Assembly: GCA_030141605.1 (NCBI GenBank)
Contig: JAQGDQ010000369.1
Location: forward strand, 167,092-231,091
DNA from: Tubiluchus corallicola
Lineage: Eukaryota; Animalia; Priapulida
DNA: 64,000 nt
Direction: 5' to 3'
The position numbers were made by a program, and so were the translations under genes. The notes under the pieces were generated by a model. That model was not told the origin of the DNA, made no database searches, and saw nothing but the letters and a program-made list of their open reading frames with translations. Positions within the stretch are counted from its first letter, which is position 1; each line of letters opens with the position of its first letter. Below are positions 48,316 through 60,690 of the stretch, one piece after another.

Positions 48316-51097
48316 AATCTCAGCCATCATGAATAATAATAATATACTGTGTCACGTTTAGGCTTCACTGAAACTGTACTGTACATAGTTTTCCAAGTGT
48401 GATAATTATTGCCTAAAAAGTAAAAATTATCAATTTATTCTGTTTTATAAACCTTTCTTTTTGCACAACTTCTGTTGTAGCAAGCCACAAGTACTTAAGA
48501 AAGTTATAAAGGCTAATAAACCAAAATTTTAACCAATAATGTTTTTTTACACTGGAGACAGACAACCTAGGAATCTTAGCCAAACTACTCAGCTTTTTGT
48601 TCATTATTTGATTAATGATAATTGGAATGCCAGTAACTGTCATCGATCATTTCCCAAAGTTCGACTGTGGTGCAGTTTTTTTGGGGACAACAAGTGAAAT
48701 GACGTCATTTATTGCCAGATACGCAGTCGGTCTGTAGTTGAGAATGGATGACATCTCTTTTTGTTAGTGTACTGGAAATAAATGAAGCCAATGTGCAGAT
48801 CCCCTCGTCCATATTGTTTAAAGATGAAGCCAATGCACTGATGCCCTCATGCACATTGTGTTTACTTGCTGATTGAAAAATTATTGGAAAACAAACATCA
48901 CGTACCTACATTGTATATTTATTGCTAGGAAGGAAGAAACCACTCTTTCAACTTTCTCCATTTTATCGCATAGGAAACCTGATTAATTTGCTGATACTTA
49001 GATGAACTGTGAGCTAAATGGCAAATAAAGTTGAGCTTCACAGGCTGATTGTTTGTTACTGTAAACGAATTATTGATATTTTTTTGTGAAAACCTTTCCA
49101 GCTACAGATGTTATTTTAATGAATTTATTTATTTAAAAAGTAGAACTAGTGACTTGTGAGTACAAATACTGGATGTGTTGGCTTAGAGTAGATCAGGGCT
49201 GTTTTATTGTAATTCATATTTTCAGGAATAAGTTAATATTTGATATGAAAGAGCATCAGTAAATTAGTATTTAGGATTTTTAACTAAACATATTTAAGTA
49301 CTTAAGCATTTAGATGAAATAGAGTGGGTTAGATTGTTTTCACATTAATTTTACTTACACAAATGGAAAGATGGTGATAAATTAGACACCGGAATTCCTT
49401 GCATGTTAAATTATTAGCAAAATATTCCTCTATTTTGTAAAGACTGCATTATTTGTTATCTTGTACAGTGAAACTGTAAAATGCTTTTTATTGAAGAACA
49501 GCAATTTATTTAATAATAATAATAATAATGATGATGCCTCTAATTTAATAACTTGTTTTTTGCTAATTGCTTTGGCTACTGTTTATTTGTTAGTTTTGAT
49601 TACCGTTACAAACCTTTAAATCTTTATTTTCCCACATATTGCAAAATCTGAATACAGTGTTCTGTAAATAGCCGAAATAATTAAACACAAGGACAGAAAT
49701 AACAATAAATGTTTAATGAGTCATATTGACAAAACTTCCAACAGCACAGAAGTTTTAATGGAACTGTGAGACTGAAGGATATCAGCAAGTTAAATTTACT
49801 ATCAATCAATTTATTAATAAAATTTTTGTACTTTTGGAAAATGAATGTAACATAAGTATTATATGGATACATGTATTAAATCTGCCATTGACCCTTGGTC
49901 TAGCTGTCTAATACCCCCCCCCCCCACTTGTCAGACACTACCAATATAACCATCACACTAAAGACAAGCACCAAGTTGAATTATTCCTAAAGTTTGAGAG
50001 CTGATGGAATGCAGTTCGTGGCGACAAAAAACTCGAATGACAATTATTTCAAGATAGACCATGTTGCAATTGCTGTCACTTAAGTTTTTTGCTCGGAAGT
50101 GGTGCTGACAAGCTACTGCATAGCAATGTCTAGGTTTTGGTTGGATAAATACTGTGGTTACCTCTCTTGAGGGCAAATTTCTTTTACTTTAGAATTCAGC
50201 CTGCTGAATGTCTACCATAGATGTAATGGGCATATGATGATGATGACGATGAATTTTATGGGAATTGCAATCGAGGAATTGTCAAATTTTAAGAATAATT
50301 TAATCAACTGTCTGTTTAACTTGGTGATGTCTTTAGTGTAATGGCATTGTTGGCGATCGATAAATTCACATCAGTTCAGTAGTGAACCATAGTTATGCAA
50401 TTCTTGTGCTCTTAAAATGCATACTCCTTGCTCAAAACCTTCACTTTCATACAGTCACTTGTAACAAAACCTAAGCCTTAATTTAAACACCGTAATTTAA
50501 ATTTAAGTGACTGTTTTTCTACAATACAATGTCTGTTTTTCAACAACGACTTATTGTACTTTATCTGGGCTGGTGTTATAATGTGGTAAATTTATTCTGT
50601 AAAATAGACTTGGCACGGTAGATACGTTGGTGGATGGTGGTAGGCAAGGTCGGTGGTATTCCCTATACTTCATATATTATTGAAATTGGGACAGGGCAAA
50701 AGTTGACATCATAAAGGGGGGATCAGGTTTCACTGTACATCACTGAGGATACAGCAGTGCGCTGCTCAAATGTATGAATTCGCTATGACGTAGCTGAAAT
50801 GTAATATCAGTTTCAATAACTGTAAATGCACCACACAACAAGCACATCATTTATTTTACAAAAACTTGCTAATTTTTTCAGTATGTACAATTGGTAAACA
50901 CCAAAGAAATTCTATGTGATGTTGATGATGTCCATATACAGATAGGCACTGAGTTAAAATGCTAAATAATTTTCCACTGGAAAGAATCGCATGAAAGGTC
51001 AAAAGTCACAGCAAGGTCACTGCAGTTAGTATTACAGATATGCAGATACTAATGTTTACCCGAATTTTCTACAATAATGCAATCTTGTTTATAAATA

Positions 51098-51810
51098 CAG
51101 TAGGCACCGAATTGATACAAATCATTTGATACAGGACGCTGCTATTCAAATGTATATAAACAGTGTGTCATCAATTGACTCAAATAACTCCACGTAATTG
51201 ACTCAATATTTTGCTTCTCGTACTTAAAGTAAGAAATTTGTGCGTGATGAAAGAGCTTTCACTACCTTTGTGTCATCTTTACTGCACTTTTGTGTACTAT
51301 AATGTACGTAGAAACAGTCACTTTAAGTACCGTTTTGCTTGTAAGCAGGTGCCCTGATTTGCTAGCAAAAATTTTTGCTTTCAATCTGTCACCCACTCGT
51401 GCAATTAATTTCGTTGCCCAAGAATTTATGTAAGCTAAACTTTTAATCACTTGCCTAGCGATTTCCCTTTGAAGCTCTCATTACAAATCACACGACCCAT
51501 ATTCAATTAACTGTTGCTGTAATATCACCTACGCAGCAGCAATAAACTGCTAGTGTTCTTTGCAACTCCGTAAAAGTGTAAATATCACAGAGCAACTAAA
51601 AGTATAGAGTTAATTTTGAAAAATAGAGCATAAGCATAAAGACCTAATATTTAAAGCTCTCGTAGCTTTTGCAGGGCATACTAAGTTGAACAGTGATGAC
51701 TCATACTTATCTACTAGTAATAGGCCACCCCCATCGGCTAATAGGTTCAGTCGGTTAATTGGGTCAAAACATTTCCATCTCAAAGTGAGTCTATTAAGTG
51801 GCACCTGCTA
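51098..51810. mobile_element. MITE family B copy
   Basis: TA-CAGTAGGCACCG ... GTGAGTCTATTAAGTGGCACCTGCTA; internal homology to 12650-13534. Confidence 0.75.
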
Positions 51811-52076
51811 TAATTAAGAATAAAATTTAACGTCCAACGAGCACAACAACCCATCAAGTAGGAAAGTATTAATAACATCAAAACAAATCCAAGTGGAAAA
51901 TGTATAAATGCCTTAAATTAGTGTTAATGAAGGTTACCTGCCGGAAAGTGCTCTAAATGTGTGTTTTAAATTCGTTTACTGACTGGTGCTGACGTTTTAT
52001 TTACCGAATGGTTTACAACCGATATTGCAACATTCGCTGCAAGAACAACGTTCGATTCAAAATGGCTGCTACAATA

Positions 52077-52155
52077 TCACATGAAATCGTCTGAATCGTC
52101 GCCACTGTCTTGATTCGTGTTCATCGCAGCATTCTCGAATAAACTCTTATAAGAC
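52077..52155 (-). CDS. CCDC25: CCDC25 last exon (SYKSLF...[10 protein letters not shown])
   Basis: ttgcag| ... TGA; minus-strand AATAAA at about 51996-52001. Confidence 0.94.
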
Positions 52156-55100
52156 CTGCAACATCAGAGTAGTTTCATGAGTACAAGTGTAAACAAGCTC
52201 AGTGTGGGTTAAAGGCAAGAGCACATTAACCAATAGGCTAACTAGGCTATAGCCTAGGGCACCAAAATTTGAAAGGCGACACAGAAAGAAATTGTATTCT
52301 CCTCGGAAAATGTATATACTTTTCATGTCTACTAGATCACGAAATTTTTACTTTCCAGTGTTAAGAGCATAAACACCTATGCCACCTATTGGCAACATGG
52401 ACAAAAGATGCATTAACAATCTATTGTAACTATAAAGATTATTTTTCATGCAAACTGGTTTTCAAGCAATTTGACTGGACAAACGAAAAGTTTTACAAGG
52501 TTAACACAATGACAGTTTACAGTTGTGACACGTTAAGAGACCAATGAAAAAGGCACTGAAAAACTAGGACACCAACAGAATTTGAACCAAGAACTTTCTG
52601 CTTTCGAGGCAAATGCTCTTATAGTTGTACCAATGGGCCAACTTAAAACAGCTGGTCTGAATTCTCGTCTTAGTAGCGTGCAATCAGTCAGAGCCATCTA
52701 TCTGCTACTATCGATATATCACAATATTTTGAACACACTCAACTGTGGAACTAGACCGTAAGTCATTGTACCTTTCTATAGGGTATCTAATATGCAAGTT
52801 TTACATAAAACCAAACACAAACAACTACCTTAACTCTTTCTCTTTTTCCCGTCTTTCGGCTTCTTCCTGTTCTTTTTGCTTCTGCTCTCTTAGTAACTTT
52901 TTCTTGTCCTCCCTTTCACGCCTGTCCCTTTCTTCTCTTTCGGCCAATAAGTCGGGTTTTCTTTCCACTTTCGTCTTGTTTAGACGATTAATGACGTCGT
53001 TAATTCGTCGCTCTACTCGAAACTTTCGTACCTGAGAATATCCAATTGTAACTTGAAAACAAGCAATGTCATATAGAAAAATATCAGAAATTTTAATAAC
53101 ATTTTCTAACTTTAATTTTATTTTTGACATGAACAGCTATAGCTTCTCTAACTGTGATTTTTTATAGAATCTTACCCCCTTTCTCTGGTCCATTTAGCTA
53201 TATTTTTTATAGCTTTTTTAAATATATTTTTTTATCATAAAGCTTTGTTCTTGTTAACAGTGTTTTTCTTTTGTCTCTTTTTACAAGTTACCTAAATTTC
53301 AGTTTCAAAATAAATTTGTGAGCGGCATTTATTAACGACAAGTCACTTAGCATGTTGGCTTTATTTTACTGTTATCGCTTAAACTTAAAAAATGTAACAA
53401 AATATTGCAAAAAACTCTCTATAGAACATAAAGTTGATTTATCCTAAAGCAGTAAATTATGATGTAGGTGGTGGATTATGTGATTTTGTAAGCACATCAT
53501 GGCTTTTCGTAAGCGCACCTTGGCTTTTCGTAAGCGCATCATGGCTTTTTGTAAGCACATCGTGGCTTTTCGTAAGCGCACCTTGGCTTTTCGTAAGCGC
53601 ATCATGGCTTTTTGTAAGCACATCGTGGCTTTTCATAAGCGCATCATGGCTTTGCGTAACCACATCATGGCTTTGCGTAAGCGCATCACGGCTTTTCGTA
53701 AGCGCATCATGGCTTTTCGTAAGTACGCGCTGCTTAAACTAATTCAAACCTCTATACTTACCTAATGTTCACGCAAAAATGTCAAAATTAGGTATCTAAT
53801 TTTTGTAAAAACTTATCATATTTCTGAATGAAATTAACAGTGTGCTGGTTTTCTTCACGTGACGATATCATTGGTGGAAAAACTGGTGTTCAAAATGATA
53901 GTGTCCAAGCATGAAATGATCGTGACTGTAAAGTGATTACCAGAAGCACTTCACTTATCACGCCTTTATTATTAAATCCTTCTAACATTTTTCACGAACA
54001 TTCAAATGAACCTAACTTCCTAAAAGGCTTGACCTTTCCATTAACTATTCGGCAAAAGCAAAAAGAGACATTTGTAGATTAGTGCTTACCTCTTTCTGCT
54101 TTCTAAAACCTACTTGTCCCACCTCCATGGCTTTGGTTTTTGAAAGATTAGACCACATGGTATAAACAACATCGATATCATTCATTTTGTTACCTGCAGT
54201 AAGAAAAATTCAAAACAAACATTAGAACCTCGTGAAGTTCAAACAAATAATAGTTTTGAGGCTTACGTACAAACGTATGTATGCTAATGTTCACTTCTTC
54301 TTCTTCCCAGGTTTTCCCTATTCGGGGTCGCCATTGTGAATGAGTCTTCCCCACGCATTCCTGTTGTTGACCATCTCTTCATTTATGTCTTCAATTCCCA
54401 CAAGATCTTCACCGACTCTTCTTTTCAGGTGTCCATACCATCACAATCTTGCGAGGCTTCCACTACTTTTACTGTTCCTCTGATATTATAATTTCTAATT
54501 TTATCTCTTCTTGTTATTCCCACCATTCATCTCAACATCCTCATCTCCACCACACCCATTTTCTTCTCTTCGGTCTTCTTTAGAGAAGCTGCTTCCAGCC
54601 CATAGATTAGAGCGGATCTGACCACTTCTTTGTGGACTTTCCCTTTAAGTCTCACCGACTCAGTCATAGAAGGTTTTGGCGCAGTTTTTACAGATGGATG
54701 CCCTTCCTGACCCTAACCCTCCCTATTTATCCGGGCATGGGACCGGAACCGAGTTGTGCTGGCTTGCCCCCCCCCCCCCCCCCCCCAGTGGCTAGGTTAT
54801 GTATGCTAATGTTCACTAAAGAGGCCTTATCTTTTTGTGCAGTAATAGTTGGTGTGTTTATGAGTTTAGGCATCTACTTTTCAATAATCTTAGTCTTTTG
54901 GTACTCAAACATCTACTGACATTGTTTTCTAAATACACTTTTAGGTGCATTGTACAAAATTAACACAGATGTTCATGGTGTCACGTAGCGGTAATAAAAC
55001 TAAAGGAAAGATTTAACGTGCTTTAGAAGATTCTGGGCTAGATGATCTTTGTTTAATAACAGGAGAGCACCACAAAGTAATCAAAAAGATCAACAACTTT

Positions 55101-58100
55101 TAATAACATGCATTTTGCATATTATTACTGGGTCTCTAACGATACACCGATGCACAGATGTACTACTAAAATGACCCTGTATCGTGATAATCTGAATCAT
55201 TTATATTTAGCGCAAGCTTGACTGTCCTCTGATAAAAACTGTGTGAAATAATTCAAGCTACAGCTGTAGAATGTACTGTAGATATGTAACAATCAGTGCA
55301 GTGAGTGCAGCATTAGCAGACTTGACACATGCAGACCTCCTGCTAGCAGCTAAAGCAAAACGGTTGACAGCGCGATGTGTTTATAATGATGTATTGTAGG
55401 CTAATTATATTTTTGCTTATATGTTTCTCAAAAGGCTTGCAGCAAATGTGAACTAACAAACGCATCAGCATATTTTACATCAAAAGTATTGAAATGTTTT
55501 GCATTTCTGGTGGCTTAACATACAAACAATGCAAGAGTATAAACAGAAATCAAACTGTCTGCTGGATTATTTAGCACTTAATAACCTTAAAATTGTTTGA
55601 TAAATGTAATACAAGACCATATATAAAATACCAACAGCTTAATCTAGTTTTTCATTAACTATTTCACTGCCTCTATGACGAGACTCTACCGTCATGCTTA
55701 ATATGCAAATTAGCTGACGCCTATGCCAGTAGCAATAATACTTTCACACGTCACATGCAATTGAGGAATCTAGCTTTGAAAACAAAAAGCGGTGGTGTCC
55801 TCTGTTGTCTAAAAAGATGATACACAAGCTACGAAACATTCATGGCCAAACACGTGCAAAATGAGCGTGTGCCAACTGAAATACAAATTGCACGGCAGTG
55901 AAGTGGTTAAAGCCTGCAAACATTAACTCAATGTGTATCGTGATACGTAACGTATCGTGACATAGGTGTATCATTACAGCCCTACAAATTACCTTTTATA
56001 CTATTAGCTTTACAGAGCTGTGATGCATCTTCTAACACTTGGGTGGGAATGTCATCTAAGCATTCACCCTACAAAAACAAATCGAACATTTATAAGGTGT
56101 CAGAGCAGTTTGTTTATCTAAGCAATGATTACATTGTGTAATTAATTAATAGATGTAAATAATTCAGCAAAACTCAGATGGAGTAAAAATCCAGTGATGT
56201 AATTCAGAATTCTTTTCATCGAGTATCTTTTTCTGATAACACAAGCATACTGTAATTAACATACATTAAAGGACAAGAAAAAGCTTTACTGACATAAGGA
56301 TAAAAGATTCGTCTTGAAATTTTGTATCATTTGTATAATGTGTTATTGCGGACAGAGCTTGCATTAGCAGTAACACTGTATAAAAATTGTAAACTTAAAT
56401 TGCCACAAATACCGTTAGGTGGGGTTGTTTTGACGGTAGGTCGCTTGAAACAAGTTTAGATAACATTGCGTAAAGTTTGAAAAAATAATCAGTGCATTCG
56501 TAGGACACTCTTCACTAATTAAGTAAAAGTTTAAATTAGTTTATATTGTCAATATGATTAATAATATGTTTTTGGAAGACTTTGTGGCACACATTGGGAT
56601 ATTGATGCAGTGTTGTTTTATAGGTATCCTGCTTTGATTCACTGCTTTGAGCCACCTGCCCAAAAATCGTAATCAAATACCCAAACTCTTAAAGCACAAG
56701 AAAACCTCCACTTACATGAAGCTTAAAAATTTCGTCTTGAAATTTTATATCACTTACATACTGCCGTTTTGCATATTAGACTTGCGTCGGCAATAATGCT
56801 GTATAAAACATGTAAATTTAATCTTCCGCGATGACCGTTAGACGCTGCCATTTTGACATTTTAATTTACAAGAATTTTCTGTTCTAGTTACACAAGTCTT
56901 TCAAACAGGTCAGCGTCATGCTAAGTCATATAACTCTGTATGGAAAGTTTATTGCAACTTGCATTGAAATCACTTTTTATTCCCCCTTAATAAAGCCGAT
57001 TCTTGACAATGCAAAACGGCAGAGAAATCGTTAATTAACTTTGTACTTACCTGTCGAAGACGAAGGTAAACGTGAGCAGAAGATTCTTTGTCAACATGAA
57101 ACCAGACGTCTTCATCCCAACCATATTTAATTAAATCTTCATCTAAAATAACGAAATAATGGAAAACATGAGTATGTAGGAAAAACAGTGCTTTACCAGT
57201 AAGGTAAAAGCACACTTATTTTGCTCACAATAATAGCTACTTTCTCTAGGTAATTGCAATTTTACTTACCTATTAAAATTGAATTAATTTACCTTGTTGT
57301 AACTTAGTAATTAGTTACAGAACACATTTAAAAAAGTTTTAAACTACATTTTTTACTCCAGCTGAATAAATACATCCTATACAATTTCATTAGAAATTCA
57401 AACAATATAAATATTTATATACATTTATGCAAAAAATAAACCCTTGTATTTTTAATGATGTGACACAAAGCAGTTAGCTTTGCTTAAACATATTAATTAA
57501 AAAGTTGTTTATTTCAATCATACAATAAAATGAAAACAACAAAATGACTTTACAAAGTACTTTTTACAATGTAGTTAGTTAGTTATTACTGATTAAATTA
57601 ATGGTTAGTACTAACTAGGCAGCAACATACGTAAGTTAACGTAACCAATAATAATCACATACACACATTTTTGGTTTTGAACCAACTGAAAAGCAGCAGA
57701 TTGGCCAAATTAATGAAAACTGTTTTTGAAAATTAAATTGTAGTACAGTCAGCCAAAAGAATGAAACTAACAAGCATCACCGCAGAAAGTAATAATCAAG
57801 TTTACTGACTGGGTTAACCTACTTAACTTATTTAGTTAGTGTAGAAATATTGTAGAAAAAAAATACTCACTGAATTCACAAGCCATACTTACTTTCATAT
57901 TTGTCCTCTCCCATAAACAGAGTAACAGGTGGGTCAACAACTACAACATAAATATTTCAGTTCAGCTCTAAATACTGAATATAAATTCATATTTTTGGCA
58001 TTAGAACAATTAAAATTTGCTAAATCTATTATCTATTGCTTAAAAGGGTTCTAAGCTTCGGCTGCAGATCATGATCACGAAAATGGTAAAAAATTACACA

Positions 58101-59029
58101 AGTACCAGGTGACACACACAATTATAATGAATAATTTCAATCTTTCAACAGTTTTCCACGATTTTTAATGAGGTGCCATTTATGCAAAACTACAAAAATG
58201 GTAAACTGATGTAAGCATCAGCTAGTAGCACAGCTATGGCTGATTTTTCTTTTTGCCCAATAGATAGCAGCAGTAGCAAATCCAGAAATTTTTTTGCTGC
58301 TGAAACACTGTGCAGTCTCACACTGTGTGGTACACTTGTGAAAGCTCGCACACAACCAAGCACCGGATTATGAACTTTGGCGCTTCTTGGCTAATGAAAT
58401 TATGGGGCCCCTCAGACGAAAAAACACTTCTCAGACGAACCATGCGTAATTGTTTTCAAACTCATCATTTAATGTAACGTGAAAAACTGTACAAACAATA
58501 GAACTGACAATGTAATAGAAAACCAGAGAATGAAAGTAAGTGTAGGAGAAGAAAAATGAAGAAGACGAAGTAGCAGAAGTAAATTCATTTTTGGCACCTG
58601 TTGAGTGTGCCCGGATGCCATTTTGCCTGTTGTTTTTATAGCTTGTTAAAATTATTATTAGAATTTTAATGTAAATCTATGCAATATAAAGTAATGTAAG
58701 GTAATATTTGTTTCCACTTCAAACAAAATATTTGTACAAAATTCATAAAAAACTCAGTTTTACACAATACTCAATAGCACAAGATTGCTCATTCCCCATC
58801 ATCTGTAATTCTCTAATCCCTTCACATTATTATTCTCCATTATTTCATCATCTTTCTCCCCACATCTTCACACTCATTACCTTTCAGGCTTTATCTCCTT
58901 TTATCACGTACTTTCTGCGCTCTCGTTATTCTACACTGCCCGCTCAGTTCAGATCTTACTTAGTTAGACATACAATTCAGTTTCAATAAATATAATTTGC
59001 TCACCATTGCTTGTAAAATAAAATACCAT
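52077..59029 (-). CDS. CCDC25: Coiled-coil domain-containing protein 25 (NFACT-R-like), 7 coding exons, 208 aa
   Basis: Exons join in frame (627 nt): MVFYFTS...[36 protein letters not shown]...KANSIKGNK...VYTMWSNL...GQVGF...DSDDFM*. Confidence 0.96.
52829..53031 (-). CDS. CCDC25: CCDC25 exon 6 ([11 protein letters not shown]...coiled coil...KELR)
   Basis: tctcag| ... AG|gtagtt. Confidence 0.95.
53483..53725. repeat. Minisatellite, 21-nt unit, about 11 copies
   Basis: TTTCGTAAGCGCATCATGGCT variants in CCDC25 intron 5. Confidence 0.95.
54090..54193 (-). CDS. CCDC25: CCDC25 exon 5 ([17 protein letters not shown]...[10 protein letters not shown])
   Basis: ctgcag| ... GAG|gtaagc. Confidence 0.95.
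54296..54797 (-). mobile_element. Internally deleted (bipartite) RTE-clade non-LTR element with a (GAA)n tail and a 20-bp TSD
   Basis: TATGTATGCTAATGTTCACT at 54276-54295 and 54798-54817. The minus strand encodes a degraded RTE C-terminus ([11 protein letters not shown]...EMRMLR*...RRDKIRN...WYGHL). Confidence 0.9.
54715..54798 (-). ncRNA. Twister ribozyme-like motif at the 5' end of the RTE element
   Basis: AACC-UAGCC...CCGGUCCCAUGCCCGGAUAAAUAGGGAGGGUU matches the recalled twister core CCGGUCCCAAGCCCGGAUAAA...GAGGG; P1 AACC/GGUU, P4 CCGG/CCGG. Confidence 0.75.
55129..55984. mobile_element. hAT-type MITE family G with a nested insertion
   Basis: Colinear with 10016-10751; ends GTGTATCATTACAGCCCTA. 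Confidence 0.8.
55659..55906. mobile_element. piggyBac-type MITE (TTAA TSD) nested in family G
   Basis: TTAA-CTATTTCACTGCC ... GGCAGTGAAGTGG-TTAA; the other family G copy has a single TTAA at this site. Confidence 0.85.
55993..56068 (-). CDS. CCDC25: CCDC25 exon 4 (GECLDDIP...QLCKANSIK)
   Basis: ttgtag| ... AAG|gtaatt. Confidence 0.95.
57051..57142 (-). CDS. CCDC25: CCDC25 exon 3 ([31 protein letters not shown])
   Basis: ttttag| ... CAG|gtaagt. Confidence 0.96.
57893..57940 (-). CDS. CCDC25: CCDC25 exon 2 ([16 protein letters not shown])
   Basis: ttgtag| ... A|gtaagt. Confidence 0.94.
59005..59029 (-). CDS. CCDC25: CCDC25 exon 1 (MVFYFTSN)
   Basis: ATG GTA TTT TAT TTT ACA AGC AAT G|gtgagc on the minus strand. 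Confidence 0.92.
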
Positions 59030-59786
59030 GTTCTATTATCTGAATTATGGAAACTGTAATAGAATGATTACTAAAAACAGCATAAAAAGTTAACTTATTC
59101 TTGATGCCAAACAAGAGCAAACAATACCCCAGTAACTCCACGTTACTGGTTAGGCAATGCGCACTACTTTTAAGCAATCTCTAATCACTTCCACAACAGC
59201 ATTTATGATCGCTTTCTATTTAGGTAGGCTCTTTGCCCAACAGCCACGAGCATGGCATCAAAGACTCGGGTGTTCGAGTACATGATTTATGTAAATTAAT
59301 GAAAATACTAACTTAATATGGCGACGCTTGGTGGCTCGTGAACAATCATTATCAGAGCCCTTTGCGGATTGCAACAAATTTGCCAACCGAATAACTAAAC
59401 AAGATTTTGCTACACAATGGGAGATAAAAAGAGATTTGGCAGTGAACATTTTTGAGTTTTCAACCACGTATTCTGGTTTTAGGAATAAATTCTGTTAAAT
59501 TTAGCGCTGCTGCAGTTCATGGCGCACGTAAATTTGATAGTCTCTCGTACGTTTTTGTACAAAAGTAGATTTTATATTCTGACAAAATAATTTTGGACTA
59601 CGTATGCAGTTGACACTTATAGTGTTAGATCGTCTGTGCACTGGCAAGCTGTTCATTTTACCGGCAGTCTGTATAATTTTGACAAATTGATGATATTGCG
59701 GAGGCTTCGTTCAAGTTTTCCCGCCATTTGGAGCTTCACAAAGGAATTCGGTTACCGGTAAACACAGACATACACGAGTGTACAGA

Positions 59787-60653
59787 ATGACTTCGACAAG
59801 CGATCACAACATTACCCTGGATGAGTTTCGACTGTTAAACCCAAAACAAAGAGAAAAAGTCAATAAAAGTGAATTACTGAGGCTACTATCAGAATCAGAA
59901 ATGACACCGCAAGGTCTCGAGGACAGCAGTAAAGGCACTGATCTAGAAAGTCAAGCAGCTATGGAAGCAAGGATTATTCAACAGGTTAGATTATTAATTT
60001 TTCCATTATCCAAGGAAATCTCTGAACTAAAGCAGCTCACAGATCAAGTTAAATCTAGCCAGGACTTTATAAGCAGCAAATTTGACCAATTTAAAATGGA
60101 GACAGATGCTTTAAAAAAGACCACCAATGATCTTACTAAAAAATTAAACGAGCTAGAGAGAAAGCAGGATGATTTAGACCAGTATGGGCGACGGGACACC
60201 CTCATTATCTCCGGTATACCCCAAGCTAGTGATTATGAGAATACTGACGAAATTGTTTGTCAAGTAGGTCAAGCCCTCAAGGTGAACATCTGTAAAGAGG
60301 ACATCTCGATCTCCCATCGATTGCCACGAAAAGAAAGTGCTACAAGACCACCACAGATTATTGTGAAATTTATAAAACGGAAAGTAAGAGACTGTTTGTG
60401 GCAAAACAAACCCAAGAGAAATGGATCTCTTAAGGCTAGTGATTTAGGGTATGTTTCACATAATCTTGTGTACATTAGTGAAAGTTTAACTAATCGTAGA
60501 CGTGTATTACTTAACAAATGTCTCGAACTAAAAAGAAACAAAGTAATCTTGTATGTTTGGACTAAAAATGGCCAGATTTTCATCAGGAAAACTGAATCAT
60601 CTGAACCCTTCCCTGTAAACAATTTTGATGATGTAGATAAATTAAAACACTAA
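59787..60653 (+). CDS. LINE ORF1 (coiled coil, RRM-like region, C-terminal domain; L1TD1/Transposase_22-like)
   Basis: Heptad region, then LDQYGRRDTLIISGIP, ISISHRL, IIVKF, YISESLT, VWTKNGQIFIRK; first ATG at 59787. Confidence 0.88.
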   Translation: MTSTSDHNITLDEFRLLNPKQREKVNKSELLRLLSESEMTPQGLEDSSKGTDLESQAAMEARIIQQVRLLIFPLSKEISELKQLTDQVKSSQDFISSKFDQFKMETDALKKTTNDLTKKLNELERKQDDLDQYGRRDTLIISGIPQASDYENTDEIVCQVGQALKVNICKEDISISHRLPRKESATRPPQIIVKFIKRKVRDCLWQNKPKRNGSLKASDLGYVSHNLVYISESLTNRRRVLLNKCLELKRNKVILYVWTKNGQIFIRKTESSEPFPVNNFDDVDKLKH

Positions 60654-60690
60654 TCACTTCTTCACTCGTTTCAATCAATATCGTATTGTA

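Noticed and set aside
53434-53765. Repeat ORFs (SWLFVSA, AFRKRIM)
   Set aside because: 21-nt minisatellite in a CCDC25 intron.
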